Assembly: GCA_963827235.1 (NCBI GenBank)
Contig: CAWHAE010000016.1
Location: 96,001-160,000, forward strand
Direction: 5' to 3'
Source: an uncultured bacterium
GTDB lineage: Bacteria > Chloroflexota > UBA5177 > JANWHV01
Length of the DNA: 64,000 nucleotides
Every line of letters starts with the position of its first letter. Position 1 is the stretch's first letter. This document shows positions 20,061 through 31,300 of this stretch, piece after piece. The position numbers and the translations under genes are program-made. The notes beneath the pieces were generated by a model that saw only the letters and a list, made by a program, of their open reading frames with translations, was not told the DNA's origin and made no database searches.

Positions 20061-22331
20061 CTAGACTGTTGCCCGGCGAACGTCGAGCCGGCCGTAGACG
20101 AGATGCCCGCTGCCCGCGCCCTTCGCGCAGTACATTGCCCTGTCCGCGCAGTCCTGCAGCGACTCTGCGTCCTGCCCGTGCTCGGGGTACAAGGCTATGC
20201 CAACACTGGCGGTGACACGACTGGTAGCTTCGCCCACCTGTACCGGTCGCGCCAGCGAGGTGCATATCTCGCGGGCGACCCTTGCCGCCCCTGATTCAGT
20301 TGCCGCCGGTAGCACCGCGGCAAACTCGTCCCCGCCGAGCCTCGCCACGGTATCGCTCTGGCGTGCAGCCGCGCGAAGACGAGAGCCGACGGCACGCAGG
20401 ATGGCGTCGCCCGAGGCGTGACCCAGCGTATCGTTGATCGCCTTGAAACCATCCAGGTCGATCAGCAAGACCGCGAGCACCGACTTATCGCGGCGGCAGG
20501 CACGCAGAGCCTGCTCCAGCCGGTCCTCGAAGAGCCGTCGATTGGGCAAGCCGGTCAGCGGGTCATGGTGTGCGGCATGCGCCAACCGGCGTTGCGCTCC
20601 CTTTTGCGCGGTGATGTCGGTCACGAACGAGGCGCGCCGCAGCCGTCCGTCCGGCCCATCGAGCTGTATGCTGCCTACCAACACCGTTAGGCGTTTGCCG
20701 CTCTTTGCCACCATCTCGAATTCCCGTTGCGCCGTGGCTCCGGGAGTCTCTGCGGCCTCGCCCCAGCGGGCCAGGTCGAAATGCTCGGTACTCGGGAAGA
20801 GCATGCCAGCCCATTGGTTCGCTAGCTCGTCCCGACTATAGCCAAACAGGGCCGCGAATGCATCGTTGACGACCTCGAAGCATCCCTGGTCGTTCACCAC
20901 GCAGGTGCCCACAGGGGCGTTCTCGATGAGCATGCGGAATCTTGCTTCACTTGCTCGGAGTGCCGTCTCCGCCGCTTTGCGAGCGGCGATGTCGTGGGCG
21001 ATAGCGGCTCCGCCCACGATGGAGCCCTCGGCGTCGCGAATCGGGAATGCGGCTACCGAGACGTCGAGGTTGTGCCCGGATCGATGGCGATGCACCATCT
21101 CCAGCTGGCTAAAGTGTTCCCCGAGCAGAGCTCGCTCGAGCATCGCGGACATCTCTTGCTCACGCCCCGGCGGCGCCAATAGTCCTATCTGCTGCCCAAT
21201 TGCCTCATCGGGACCATAGCCATACAAGAGGAAAGCGCCGGCATTCCAGTTCTCTATCAGGCCGGATGGCGACATGCCGATAACCGCGTTAGGCGTCGAT
21301 TCCATGATGGCAGCGAATCGAGCGCGCGACTCCACGCTCTGCCGGCGCTCCGAGACGTCCTCCTTCACAGCCACGTAGTGCGTGATCGCGCCGGTCCGAT
21401 CACGAATCGGGCCGATCGACGCCTGCTCCCAGTACAACTCGCCGCTTAACTTCCGATTGACGAGCGTTCCGGTCCAGTTACTGCCACGGCTCACCGTCCG
21501 CCAGAGATCCTCGTACACTTCGGGCCGAGTTACTCCCGACTTGAGAATGCGAGGATTCTGGCCGGTCGCTTGCTCGCGGCTGTAGCCCGACACCTCACTG
21601 AACTTGGGATTCACGTACTCGATGGTGCCGGCGGCATCAGTAATGACCACCGACACCGGGCTCTGCTCGACAGCCTGCGAGAGGATGCGCACTCGTTCCG
21701 TTGCTCGAGCGAGCGCGACCTGGGTGTAGCGGTGCTCTGTAACGTCGTGGACGATGGACACGAGATACCGCCGGCCTCCGCCGGCGTCGATCGGGCTGGA
21801 GTACACGTCCACGTCCCGCACGTCGCCGGAAGCCAGCCGGTGCTGGAAGGAGAAGTGGCAGTGCTGCTGGTCGCTGGCACGCGCGATTTCACCGGCTACG
21901 GTGTCGTAGTCCAGGCAGTTGATCTCGGCGATGTGCATCGAGGTGAGCTTCTCGAACGAATAACCATAGAACCGGCACGCGGCGCCATTGGCATTGACAA
22001 TCATCCCGCTCACGGGGTCGAGCATCAGCACCACCGACATCGATTGGTCGAAGAACGTGCGATAGAGCGCAGCATCGCTCAGCGGCGCCGACGCAGCGAT
22101 GCCGGAACCGGCAACGAGAGCACGGCGCGACCCGAGTCTGCACCCGGCAAAGTTGTCCACGTCGGAAGCGAGAAAGCTCATGCCTCGAGTGGTGCGATCC
22201 GACAGCGGGCTCACCTCACCGCGCCGCACGGCTCGGAGTAGGGTGCTGCGCGAGACACCGCAGCGTCGCGCAGCCTCTCGCGTCGAGAGATGCGCACCCT
22301 CCGGCGGGATGCTAGTCGAGGATACCTCCAC
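20061..22331 (-). CDS. HTH_17 (excisionase-like)-4xPAS-GGDEF diguanylate cyclase
   Basis: N-terminal LSTREAARRCGVSRSTLLRAVRRG; four PAS/PAC modules; RQSD followed by GGDEF. Confidence 0.88.
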   Translation of the reverse strand: MEVSSTSIPPEGAHLSTREAARRCGVSRSTLLRAVRRGEVSPLSDRTTRGMSFLASDVDNFAGCRLGSRRALVAGSGIAASAPLSDAALYRTFFDQSMSVVLMLDPVSGMIVNANGAACRFYGYSFEKLTSMHIAEINCLDYDTVAGEIARASDQQHCHFSFQHRLASGDVRDVDVYSSPIDAGGGRRYLVSIVHDVTEHRYTQVALARATERVRILSQAVEQSPVSVVITDAAGTIEYVNPKFSEVSGYSREQATGQNPRILKSGVTRPEVYEDLWRTVSRGSNWTGTLVNRKLSGELYWEQASIGPIRDRTGAITHYVAVKEDVSERRQSVESRARFAAIMESTPNAVIGMSPSGLIENWNAGAFLLYGYGPDEAIGQQIGLLAPPGREQEMSAMLERALLGEHFSQLEMVHRHRSGHNLDVSVAAFPIRDAEGSIVGGAAIAHDIAARKAAETALRASEARFRMLIENAPVGTCVVNDQGCFEVVNDAFAALFGYSRDELANQWAGMLFPSTEHFDLARWGEAAETPGATAQREFEMVAKSGKRLTVLVGSIQLDGPDGRLRRASFVTDITAQKGAQRRLAHAAHHDPLTGLPNRRLFEDRLEQALRACRRDKSVLAVLLIDLDGFKAINDTLGHASGDAILRAVGSRLRAAARQSDTVARLGGDEFAAVLPAATESGAARVAREICTSLARPVQVGEATSRVTASVGIALYPEHGQDAESLQDCADRAMYCAKGAGSGHLVYGRLDVRRATV

Positions 22332-22842
22332 GCTTCACTCCTCGCGCTCGCGTACTCTGTCGTCGACGACAAGAGAACACTGGGCTCAAGATCAGCTGGG
22401 CACCCTGCACGCGTCCCGCCGTCGTGTCTGCAGGTGCAACCGATGCACAAGTTCTAATTGGTGGCAGCATAAGCCAGCCCGGCGATCCGACCAATAGCCT
22501 TATCAGTTCCCTCGGTCCCAGACTACCATATTGCGGCACGTACTCCGCAGGGTTCCACCGTTGCCGGCGGCGACCGTGCCCGTGAGTCCGGTGCGCAGGA
22601 TGATCACGACGCGCTGTTCGTCGATTCGACGAGCACAGGGACTATAATCTCTATCGCGAGCGCTTGGCGCGGTACGCCGTGCGAGATGATCGTCTGGCTA
22701 CCGCGCTGCGGCAAATTCGCGCACCGAGCGCGAGAGCATGGCCGGCGCCGGTAGCGATCGCCTCCGAGTTAGCGCTGCGCGCGATGCGACACGGAGGTCG
22801 CCTATCCGGCACAGATCGGGCGCCAGAGGAAGTGAGGAGATC

Positions 22843-23595
22843 ATGGACGGGTCCCTGGACGGGCGAATCGCAATCGTCACGGGAAGCGCTCGGGGAATCG
22901 GCTCGGCAATCGCCGACCGTCTAGCCCGTGCAGGCGCGGGCGTGGTCATTGCAGACCTGAGCGCTGACCTGGCCGAAAGGGAAGCCGGCCGGCTCGCAGC
23001 AGCAGGTCTGCGGGCAATGCCGGTAGCTGTAGACGTGGCCGACGAACACTCGGTAGCGGGCATGCTTGAAGCAGTGCGCCGTGCATGGGGGCGGGTAAGC
23101 ATCCTGGTCAACAACGCCGGCATCACCGGGGGCACTGCAGATGTGCAGGAGACCGACGTGTCTGCGTGGGACCGCACGATCGCGGTCAACCTTCGAGGAA
23201 CCTTCCTGTGCTGCCGCGCTGTGCTGCCTGACATGCTTGCCGCCGGCAGCGGGCGAATTGTCAACGTGGCCTCGATCGCGGGTAAGGAAGGCAATCCAGG
23301 GCTGGCGGCCTATTCGGCATCGAAAGCAGCCGTGATCGGATTCACGAAGTCGCTGGCCAAGGAAGTGGCGCAGAAAGGCATCATCGTGAACGCCATCTCA
23401 CCGGCCGTGATCCAGACAGAGATCCTGGGCCAGCTCCGGCAGGAGACGATCGACTACATGGTGTCGCGCATTCCCATGGGGCGCACGGGCGGGCCTGAGG
23501 AAGTAGCCGCCCTCGTGTATTGGCTTGCCGGCGACGAGTGTAGCTTCACGACGGGACAGTGCATCGACATCAGCGGAGGCCGGGCTACTTATTAG
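22843..23595 (+). CDS. SDR oxidoreductase resembling 2-keto-3-deoxy sugar-acid dehydrogenases (LRA5-like subfamily)
   Basis: TGSARGIG, NNAG, ASIAGKEGNP, YSASK, C-terminal DISGGRATY; GAGGAG RBS; subfamily call is from recalled motifs. Confidence 0.85.
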   Translation: MDGSLDGRIAIVTGSARGIGSAIADRLARAGAGVVIADLSADLAEREAGRLAAAGLRAMPVAVDVADEHSVAGMLEAVRRAWGRVSILVNNAGITGGTADVQETDVSAWDRTIAVNLRGTFLCCRAVLPDMLAAGSGRIVNVASIAGKEGNPGLAAYSASKAAVIGFTKSLAKEVAQKGIIVNAISPAVIQTEILGQLRQETIDYMVSRIPMGRTGGPEEVAALVYWLAGDECSFTTGQCIDISGGRATY

Positions 23596-24150
23596 CCAGC
23601 CGGCTGGCGCGGTGACGGCCCGTGATGTGACGCTCGGCCCCGCCCATTGCCGACGTTCGGCAGTACCTTGTCAGGAGAGACAGGCCTATTCTAGTACGGT
23701 AGACCGAGCGGCCAGAGTACTGCGGTTCAGCGCCCTCGGGGCTAGCCTACACGCCTGCCAAAGTTGCCGCTCGGTGCTTTGGAAGGGAGGGCAAGGTAGC
23801 AGCTTGTCCGGGCGACGCAATCGTGCCGTCGCTTTGCCGGCTTGCGTCTTGACGACGGCGATCGCCTCACGTGGTAACCCACGATACGGTTGGCTTCACC
23901 GGCGTTCAGGTACGTAAGGGTGGGCGGATGCAATTCGCCCCTTCATCACGATGCGTCCTCTATCCGTGCCGGATACCTGCTCGTCTGCCTGGAGCGCTCT
24001 TGCAGGCGGGAAGCAAGGCGCGCGCAGACGATTAATCGGCGGCGCACGTGGAATCTACTTTGCGTCCATCATTCGCGGTCCGCTATCGCGGACTGGCGCG
24101 AGGCGGGCTCAGCATGGCGGCAGAAATGCCGCCGAGTAGGAGGTTCTGCG

Positions 24151-24498
24151 ATGGCTATGGGCAACTGGCTGCATCAGGTAATTGGTAAAGGAAGTAAGGG
24201 CACCGCCGCGAAGCCGGAGGCCGGTATGCGCATGAAGACCGCCGACGACGTAGTGCTCGGTACGATCGACCGGATTTGGCACGGCACAGATGCCAGGGAC
24301 CATGCGCCGCACCCCGATACATTGGGCGTCCGCCAGTTGGAGGCCGATGCGCCCGACTTGCTGTACGTGCCCGCCGATCTCGTCGATCGCGTTTCAGCAG
24401 GCGAGGTGGTGCTTCGCGTGGATGCCACGCAGGTAAAGAACCGCGGGTGCCGCTTCCGCCCCGAGTGGCTGGCGCCGGATGCCGTGGCCGCGCACTAG
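24151..24498 (+). CDS. Small hypothetical protein, PRC-barrel/DUF2171-like
   Basis: AGGAGG RBS; GMRMKTADDVVLGTIDRI…LYVPADLVDRV…VVL pattern. Confidence 0.65.
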   Translation: MAMGNWLHQVIGKGSKGTAAKPEAGMRMKTADDVVLGTIDRIWHGTDARDHAPHPDTLGVRQLEADAPDLLYVPADLVDRVSAGEVVLRVDATQVKNRGCRFRPEWLAPDAVAAH

Positions 24499-24790
24499 CG
24501 GCTCACGTCACACGCCGATTTCCGTGATCGGGAGGCATTGGGCACTGCAACCGACTCCACAGCAGACGCAGGTGGCATTGCCGGGCGCGCGGCAACGCAG
24601 TTCCACGCCCGCCACTCTCGCGATGATGCCGTCGCAACCGGCATATGGCATCGCACACCGGACTCGCGGTGCCAATGGCGCGTGCCTGCCGCTCCAAGGC
24701 CTCGGAGCCGACCGACAAGCCCACCCCGGCTACCCGGCATGACGCACTTGCTCGTACTGCGGAGCATCCGTCCGCCGTGCCGGCGCGAGT

Positions 24791-27628
24791 CTATGCTGGC
24801 TCGGCGTCCTCGGCCAGCGGAAGCGTAAGGAGAAACACGCTGCCATCCGCGCCGGTAGACTCGAGATCCAAGTCCCCACCCATCGCCCGGGCTAAGCTGC
24901 GACCGAGGAACAGCCCCAGTCCTGTTCCGACCCGGCCGGCCCGCAGCCGGCTACCCGGCACGCAGCCAAATCGCGTGAACAGGCGGTCCCGTCCCTCTTC
25001 GGATATGCCGGAGCCGTGGTCTCGCACGCGTATGAATGCATGCGAGCCGTTCCGCGCCCAGCAAACACTGATCGGTGACAGCTCGGGTGAATACTTCGCA
25101 GCATTGTCGATGACGTTCGAGAGTATCTGCAACGTCTGATCCGGATCGGCAAGCACTGCCAGACCCGCCGGACCATCCACCGCGACCACCTGACCACGGT
25201 AGCTGGCTCGCACTTCCTCGGCAGCGCGGTCGATCAGCCTATCGATGCACACCGATATGGTAGCGGGCACGATGGCACCTATCTCCATTCGGCTCAAGAT
25301 CAGCAGCTCCTCAACCATGCGTTTCTGCCTGTTCGCCGCAGCAACGATGCGACGAATCCGGTCGAGCCGATCCTCATCCGGCATGTCGTCCCATCGAGCC
25401 TCGAGCAGCTCGGCATAACCGACAATAGCCGTCAGGGGCGTGCGGAGCTCGTGGCTCACCGAGGCCACAAAACCGCTACGCAGCCGCGCCAGCTCGTCGG
25501 CAGCCGCCGCCTGATGCTCGAGGAGCTCCTCGGCCAGCTTCAGCTCGGTGATATACCGCGATATGCCGACGAGCCCCACGACGTGACCGTGTTCGACGAT
25601 CGGCACTTTCGTCGACTGGACCCAGGTCGGCCGCCCCGTGAGCTCGGAGTGATCCTCTATGGAGCCGACGATGGGAACACCGGTAGCCATCATGCGCTGT
25701 TCGCTGTCATATAGGGGTTGGGCAAGACTGATGGGAAAGTAGTCAAAGTCCGTCTTGCCGAGGATCCCAGATGGGTCGTCCGCACCCTTGTGGCGCGCGT
25801 GCGCCAGGTTTGCGCGGGTGAAGCGCGAGTCTCGATCCTTGAAGTAGATCATGTCCGGCACGGAGTCCATCAGCGTGCGAAGCAGGCCACGTTCGACCTC
25901 TAGAGAGTGCAGCAGATCTTCACGTTCCAGCACGGGCGAGAGAAGATCGGCCAGGTCCGACACCACGTCGTCGTTGTCGTCGAACTGGTTCGGGAAGGGA
26001 CTCTCAAGGGAGTCGACCAACGCCAGGACGCCCCAATCGGAGGTTGCAGTGCGCAGAGGAACGAGGATTACCGGTTCGGCGCTGGTGCCGTCGGGCGCGA
26101 CATGAATGAACTCGGCAGGCGGGAAGGAATCTACCGTCCATCGGCTTCCAGCCTGGACCGGCATGGAGCCATACCGGCCGTAACTCGCTTGGATCTCGAG
26201 CAACGGGGGGCATCGATCATTGCCCCGCGCATCCCAGCGTGCGAGGCACGCACGAACAACCGAGGTACCTTGCAGCCACGACATGTTGCGCAGGGCGTCA
26301 CCCTTGGCGCTCAGCAGGCTGGAGCTGATCGCGAGATTGCGCCGGGCGGCTTGCTCCAGATGGTCGCACCGCAGCTCGCCGACAGCCTGGCAGGCGCGCA
26401 TGCACTCGAGGAGGTTCTGCTGCACGTACGCCTCGAGCCCCTTACGTGCCGCGGTATCGCCAACACGTTCCCACAGCGATCTTGCTACCTGTTCAAACAG
26501 CCTAAAGGCGGAGTACAGCGCCTCGATGTTTGAGGCAGCGATGCTGGCCGCGCTCCAAGCCTGCGCGAGCGAGCCGGGCGACAACTCAGGGGCACCTTGC
26601 GAAGCGCCGGCCAGACCTGCCACGATAGTGGAGACTCCCGGCCAGATCTGCTGCGGCTGCCGGCCCTTCGTCAACCGCGATGGAAAGATGAGCTGGGCGA
26701 CAAGGCGTTCCGCCACTGCTGCCGCCGAGTCGCTCCCGTCCGTGGCCAAGGAGGCGAGAGTATCCCTCAGGTAGGTGGCCGTCGGCTGGCAGCCACAGGA
26801 GTAGCGCTGAATGAGTGTAGTGGGCACATAGGTGCGTGTAGGCACCCTTACCCGGCCAGACATCAAGCCGAGCGCCAATTCTGCCGCAGTGGCACCAAGC
26901 TCGTTGAGATTCTGCCGCACGGTGGTAAGAGGCGGCTTGACTCGCTGTGCCGCGGGCATGTCGTCGACTCCGACCACGGCCAGGTCGTCCGGGATCCGGT
27001 AGCCGGCAGATTGCACCTCCTCAATCAGGGCTACCGCATTCACATCGGCTGCCGCAAATACCGCCGTGCAAGGAATCCCATCGCCGATCAGGCGTCGGGC
27101 CGCGGCCCCTGTGTCGCGACTGCCGTTGTCGGAAAGATAGAGCAATGCCGGATCGGGCTCGATGCCGTGTTCTCGAAGGGTACGTGTGTAGCCCTCGTAC
27201 CGTTCCCGTGCCTCGTACCTGTTCAGGCACCCGACGAAGGCGATGCGCCGATGACCATGTTCCATCAAGTGTTCCACGGCGGATTTCGCAATGCCCGCGT
27301 TATCCGAGATCACTTCCGGAATGTCCAGCCCCGGGTAGGCAGCGGCGACGCCGACGATCGGCTTACCGGACCGGAGCAGGGCGGCGGCGTCGGCCCTGGC
27401 GACGGCATCCTGAACGAAGACGTAGGCGTCGATACTGGCCGTCGCAAATGGAACAAGCGGCGCCGGCGCCGGCGCTGCCATGTAGTCAAGCATCGGGGGC
27501 GTGGTCTGCAGCACCACGAGTTGCGCACCTTGGCGGCGCGCCGCACGATCGATCCCTCGGAGCACCCTACGGAAGTAGCGACCGCTGGCCAGCGGTGTTA
27601 TCACTCCAATCGTATGGCGTTTATACAT
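24791..27628 (-). CDS. Cytoplasmic histidine kinase with LacI-type ligand-binding domain and PAS
   Basis: GHRRIAF, IPDDLAVVGVDD, PPLTTVRQ, RYSCGC (no HTH); PAS; SHELRTPL, DNAAKYS, DHGSGI, GTGLGL. Confidence 0.88.
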   Translation of the reverse strand: MYKRHTIGVITPLASGRYFRRVLRGIDRAARRQGAQLVVLQTTPPMLDYMAAPAPAPLVPFATASIDAYVFVQDAVARADAAALLRSGKPIVGVAAAYPGLDIPEVISDNAGIAKSAVEHLMEHGHRRIAFVGCLNRYEARERYEGYTRTLREHGIEPDPALLYLSDNGSRDTGAAARRLIGDGIPCTAVFAAADVNAVALIEEVQSAGYRIPDDLAVVGVDDMPAAQRVKPPLTTVRQNLNELGATAAELALGLMSGRVRVPTRTYVPTTLIQRYSCGCQPTATYLRDTLASLATDGSDSAAAVAERLVAQLIFPSRLTKGRQPQQIWPGVSTIVAGLAGASQGAPELSPGSLAQAWSAASIAASNIEALYSAFRLFEQVARSLWERVGDTAARKGLEAYVQQNLLECMRACQAVGELRCDHLEQAARRNLAISSSLLSAKGDALRNMSWLQGTSVVRACLARWDARGNDRCPPLLEIQASYGRYGSMPVQAGSRWTVDSFPPAEFIHVAPDGTSAEPVILVPLRTATSDWGVLALVDSLESPFPNQFDDNDDVVSDLADLLSPVLEREDLLHSLEVERGLLRTLMDSVPDMIYFKDRDSRFTRANLAHARHKGADDPSGILGKTDFDYFPISLAQPLYDSEQRMMATGVPIVGSIEDHSELTGRPTWVQSTKVPIVEHGHVVGLVGISRYITELKLAEELLEHQAAAADELARLRSGFVASVSHELRTPLTAIVGYAELLEARWDDMPDEDRLDRIRRIVAAANRQKRMVEELLILSRMEIGAIVPATISVCIDRLIDRAAEEVRASYRGQVVAVDGPAGLAVLADPDQTLQILSNVIDNAAKYSPELSPISVCWARNGSHAFIRVRDHGSGISEEGRDRLFTRFGCVPGSRLRAGRVGTGLGLFLGRSLARAMGGDLDLESTGADGSVFLLTLPLAEDAEPA

Positions 27629-28384
27629 CTCTCCATGCTCTGTCAAGGAGTGGCTATGCCCAGGCATCACGCGCAGACCCATGCACCGAGCTCAGGCGTG
27701 CTCATCGTACGAGCAACGTGGCGCACCCGCAAGAGCCCGTTTGGCCAGGCGGAGTCAGGTACACTGTGCCGGTCGGCGCGCCGGGCAAGCGACATGTCGT
27801 GCTTTGCGAGACACACGCGTAAGGAACATGGCTCAGCGCGTGCACGAAGAGGAGTTCCGCTGTGTCCGCCCTTTTCGTTCCTACCGTGGCACAGCATCAC
27901 GTCGATTGCACACGAAGTCACGTCGGAACAGCTGTTTTCTATAAGATATGACGAATGGACTGGGCAATGATGACGGACGGCTATTACGCATTGACCGGGA
28001 TGGGTGCATGCTAAGTGCCCGCTCGTGTGCGTGTGGCGTGCGCGGCGGGTCGTGCACGGTTCGCGTAAGGAGCCGGCAGCTCTAGGTGCGGCGCATCTTG
28101 GCCCTGCGGTAGGCGTTGGACACGCCATCAACCGCCGGCAGCGACCGGCACGGTGGGAGCAGTCGATGGGCAGGCGATTCCTGCTTATGCTACGGCTCAT
28201 CCTCCTGAGGCCGGCATTGGGCTTGGCGCACGTGCCTCGCGCAGAGGGACTCATGTCCGTCGCGATCGTGACCCAGAGCACCGCGGACTCCGCAGCCTCT
28301 TTCACCGCCGGGCAGGCGTCACCCTCATTAGCTGCTTGTCAAGCCAGAGAACATCCGTACTCGCGCAAAGGAGTGTATCCAACG

Positions 28385-31300
28385 ATGACTCTCCAACAGC
28401 ACGTGCGCGGTACCGTCGCCGCGCTGATCTCGGTCATGCTTGTGTTCCTGCCGCCGCTGGCCGGAGCGCCTCGCTCTGTGACACACGCAGCTGCTACGTC
28501 GATTTGCGAGCCTACCGGCATGTGCGCGACCGTGGACTCGAGCGGCGCATACAGCATCACGACCCAGACTCCGGCCTGGACGTTTGGCGGCACCGCCGGT
28601 CATACGCTGAGCGCGGTCACGGTCGCGAGCGGCACCGATGCTATCGGTAGCTATACCGAGATTACCTTTGGCTGGCAGGGAGGCGTGGCCCGCACGGGCG
28701 GCATCCGCATCTACGCAAGCAACATGAGCGTGCTCTTCACGACGCAGTATCTCGCAGCAGCCGCCAACGCCGAGCCATTCCCAACGTTGGCAACTTATCC
28801 TTACGATCCCTACCATCTTGACTACCAGCACGGAGCTTTCTCTACGTATGAGTTCCGGTGGGCTAGCGACCAAGGGCCCTGGCTCTCCTTCGATGGGAGC
28901 GACGAGGCCTTTCTGCTTTCGCCCGCAGCAAACTACATGACGTCGCAGATCGTCAAGAACGCCGACAGCTCTCTCTCCAGCCGGATCGACACCCGCATCG
29001 CCAATCTGCCGCAGGGTTTCACGCACCGCACCATACTGACCGTCGGCATCGGGATAAACCACGTCTACGATATGTGGGGCTCAGCGCTCACGGCGCTAGG
29101 CGGCAAGACACGCGCCGCCAACAACGCCGACGTCACATTGAGTAAGCTCGGCTACTGGACCGACAACGGTGCCACATACTACTACAACTATGACACTACC
29201 CTGGGTTACGAGGGCACGCTGCAGACTGTGCGCAGCGACTTCGCGGCCAAAGGCATTCAGCTCGGCTACCTGCAGATCGATAGCTGGTGGTATCCCAAGG
29301 GCGCTAGCGACACCTGGCAGGGGGACCCAACGGGCAACCGCGGTGGGGAATACGTCTACACCGCGGCACCTGACCTTCTTCCTGATGGACTGAGCCACTT
29401 CCAGCAGACGCTGGGTCTCCCACTCATCACCCATGCACGCTGGATCGATCCGGCGAGTCCGTACCGCACCCAGTACCAGATGTCCAACAATGTCTCGATC
29501 GATCCCAACTTCTGGAATACGATCTTCAGCTACATCCATGGAGGAGGCGTCCTGACCTACGAGCAGGACTGGCTCGACGGAGCGGCCACGACGAGCTTCA
29601 ACCTGAACGATCCTTACGCCTTCCTGGACAACATGGCCGCGGCGGCGCGAGCCAACGGAATGACGTTGCAGTACTGCATGGCCACGCCCGACTACTTCCT
29701 GCAGGGCACCAACTACACCAACTTGGTCAGCATGCGCGTCAGCTCCGATCGGTTCGGTAGCGACAAGTGGGATCGGTTCCTCTACGGCTCGCGGCTAGCT
29801 AAATCGATGGACATCTGGCCCTGGTCCGACGTCTTCATGAGCACTGAGACCACCAACTTGCTGCTCAGCACCCTCTCCGGCGGCATAGTTGGAGTGGGCG
29901 ATCCGATCGGCAGCGAAAACCCGGCCAATCTCCTCCAGGCGATTCTCCCCGATGGCACAATCGTGAAGCCTGACGACTCGCTCATCCCAACAGACGAGAC
30001 CTACATCAACGACGCCCAAGGCAACTCGGGTCCGATGGTGGGCTACACGTACACCGATCACACGGGCCTGCGGGACGCCAATGTCTTCGCCTACAGCCGG
30101 AGCACAACCGCCAACCAAACGGCAAGCTTTTCGCTGGCGGAGGTGGGTATCACCACGGCGGCCTATGTCTACAACTACTTCTCGCATGCAGGCACCGTGG
30201 TTCCGGCCGGCGGCACGTACAGCGATTCGGTGAGCCATAGCGGCACATACTATCTCGTCACACCAATCGGCCAGTCGGGTATCGCCTTGATCGGCGATGC
30301 GGGCAAGTTCGTCGCTGCAGGGCGCGCACGCGTCGGCCACCTGGACGACGACGGCGCCGTGCACGCGACCATCAGCTTTGCCGACAAGGAAGGTCCGGTC
30401 ACCCTGTTTGGCTATGCGCCGTATGTCCCAACTGTATCTGCGACCAACGGCGCGGTCGGCAACATGGTCTACGATGGGGCGACGAAGCGCTTCAGCTTTG
30501 TCGTGTCGCAAGGCTCCGGGCTGGCGGCAAGCATCACGCTCACGCCGTCCGCGCCGTCATGTCCCAGTGGTTGGAGCTGCGTCGATATCGGTGCGCCGAG
30601 CCCGGCGGGCAGCCAGTCTCTGAACGCCGGGGCCTGGACCATCTCGGGGGGCGGCGCCGACATCGGCAGCACCGTCGACCAGTTCCACCTGGTCTACCAG
30701 CCGGTGAACGGGGATAGCACGCTGGCCGCTCAAGTGCTCACGCAGACCAACACGAACCTGGCGGCCAAGACCGGCCTGATGCTGCGCGCGACGACCAATC
30801 CCGCTGCCCCCTTCTACGCCGTGTTCGTCACGGCCGGCAACGGCGTGGAGGCCATGTGGCGCACCACGCAGGGCGCCACGGCCGGTAAGACCAGCTATGT
30901 CGGCCAGCTCGTGCCGGTGTACCTGAAGCTCACCCGCACAGGAAACAGCTTCAGCGCCTACTACAGCAAGGACGGCGCCGCATACACCCTGGTACCGGGC
31001 TCGACGCAGAGCTTCGGCCTGGCAACCAGCCTCCTCGGAGGAGTGCCAATCACGTCGCACAACAACGGTACCCTCGGCACCGCCGCGTTCGGCATGGTGG
31101 CGATTACTGCCGCTTCGCCGTCTGCCACTTCCACGGTCACACTGACCGCCACGAGGACCACGACCGCCACGCCAATGCCGACCGGCACTTGGACTGCCAC
31201 GCCCACATCCACGGCGACGCTCACCGCCACACCGCTTCCTGCCAGCTCGAGCCCGACCCCGACTGCCACCGGCACGCTCGCACCATCATGTCCCAGTGGT

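Noticed and set aside
28004-28384. 127-aa N-terminal extension of the glycosidase in the ORF track
   Set aside because: The RBS (AAAGGAG) and signal peptide place the start at 28385.
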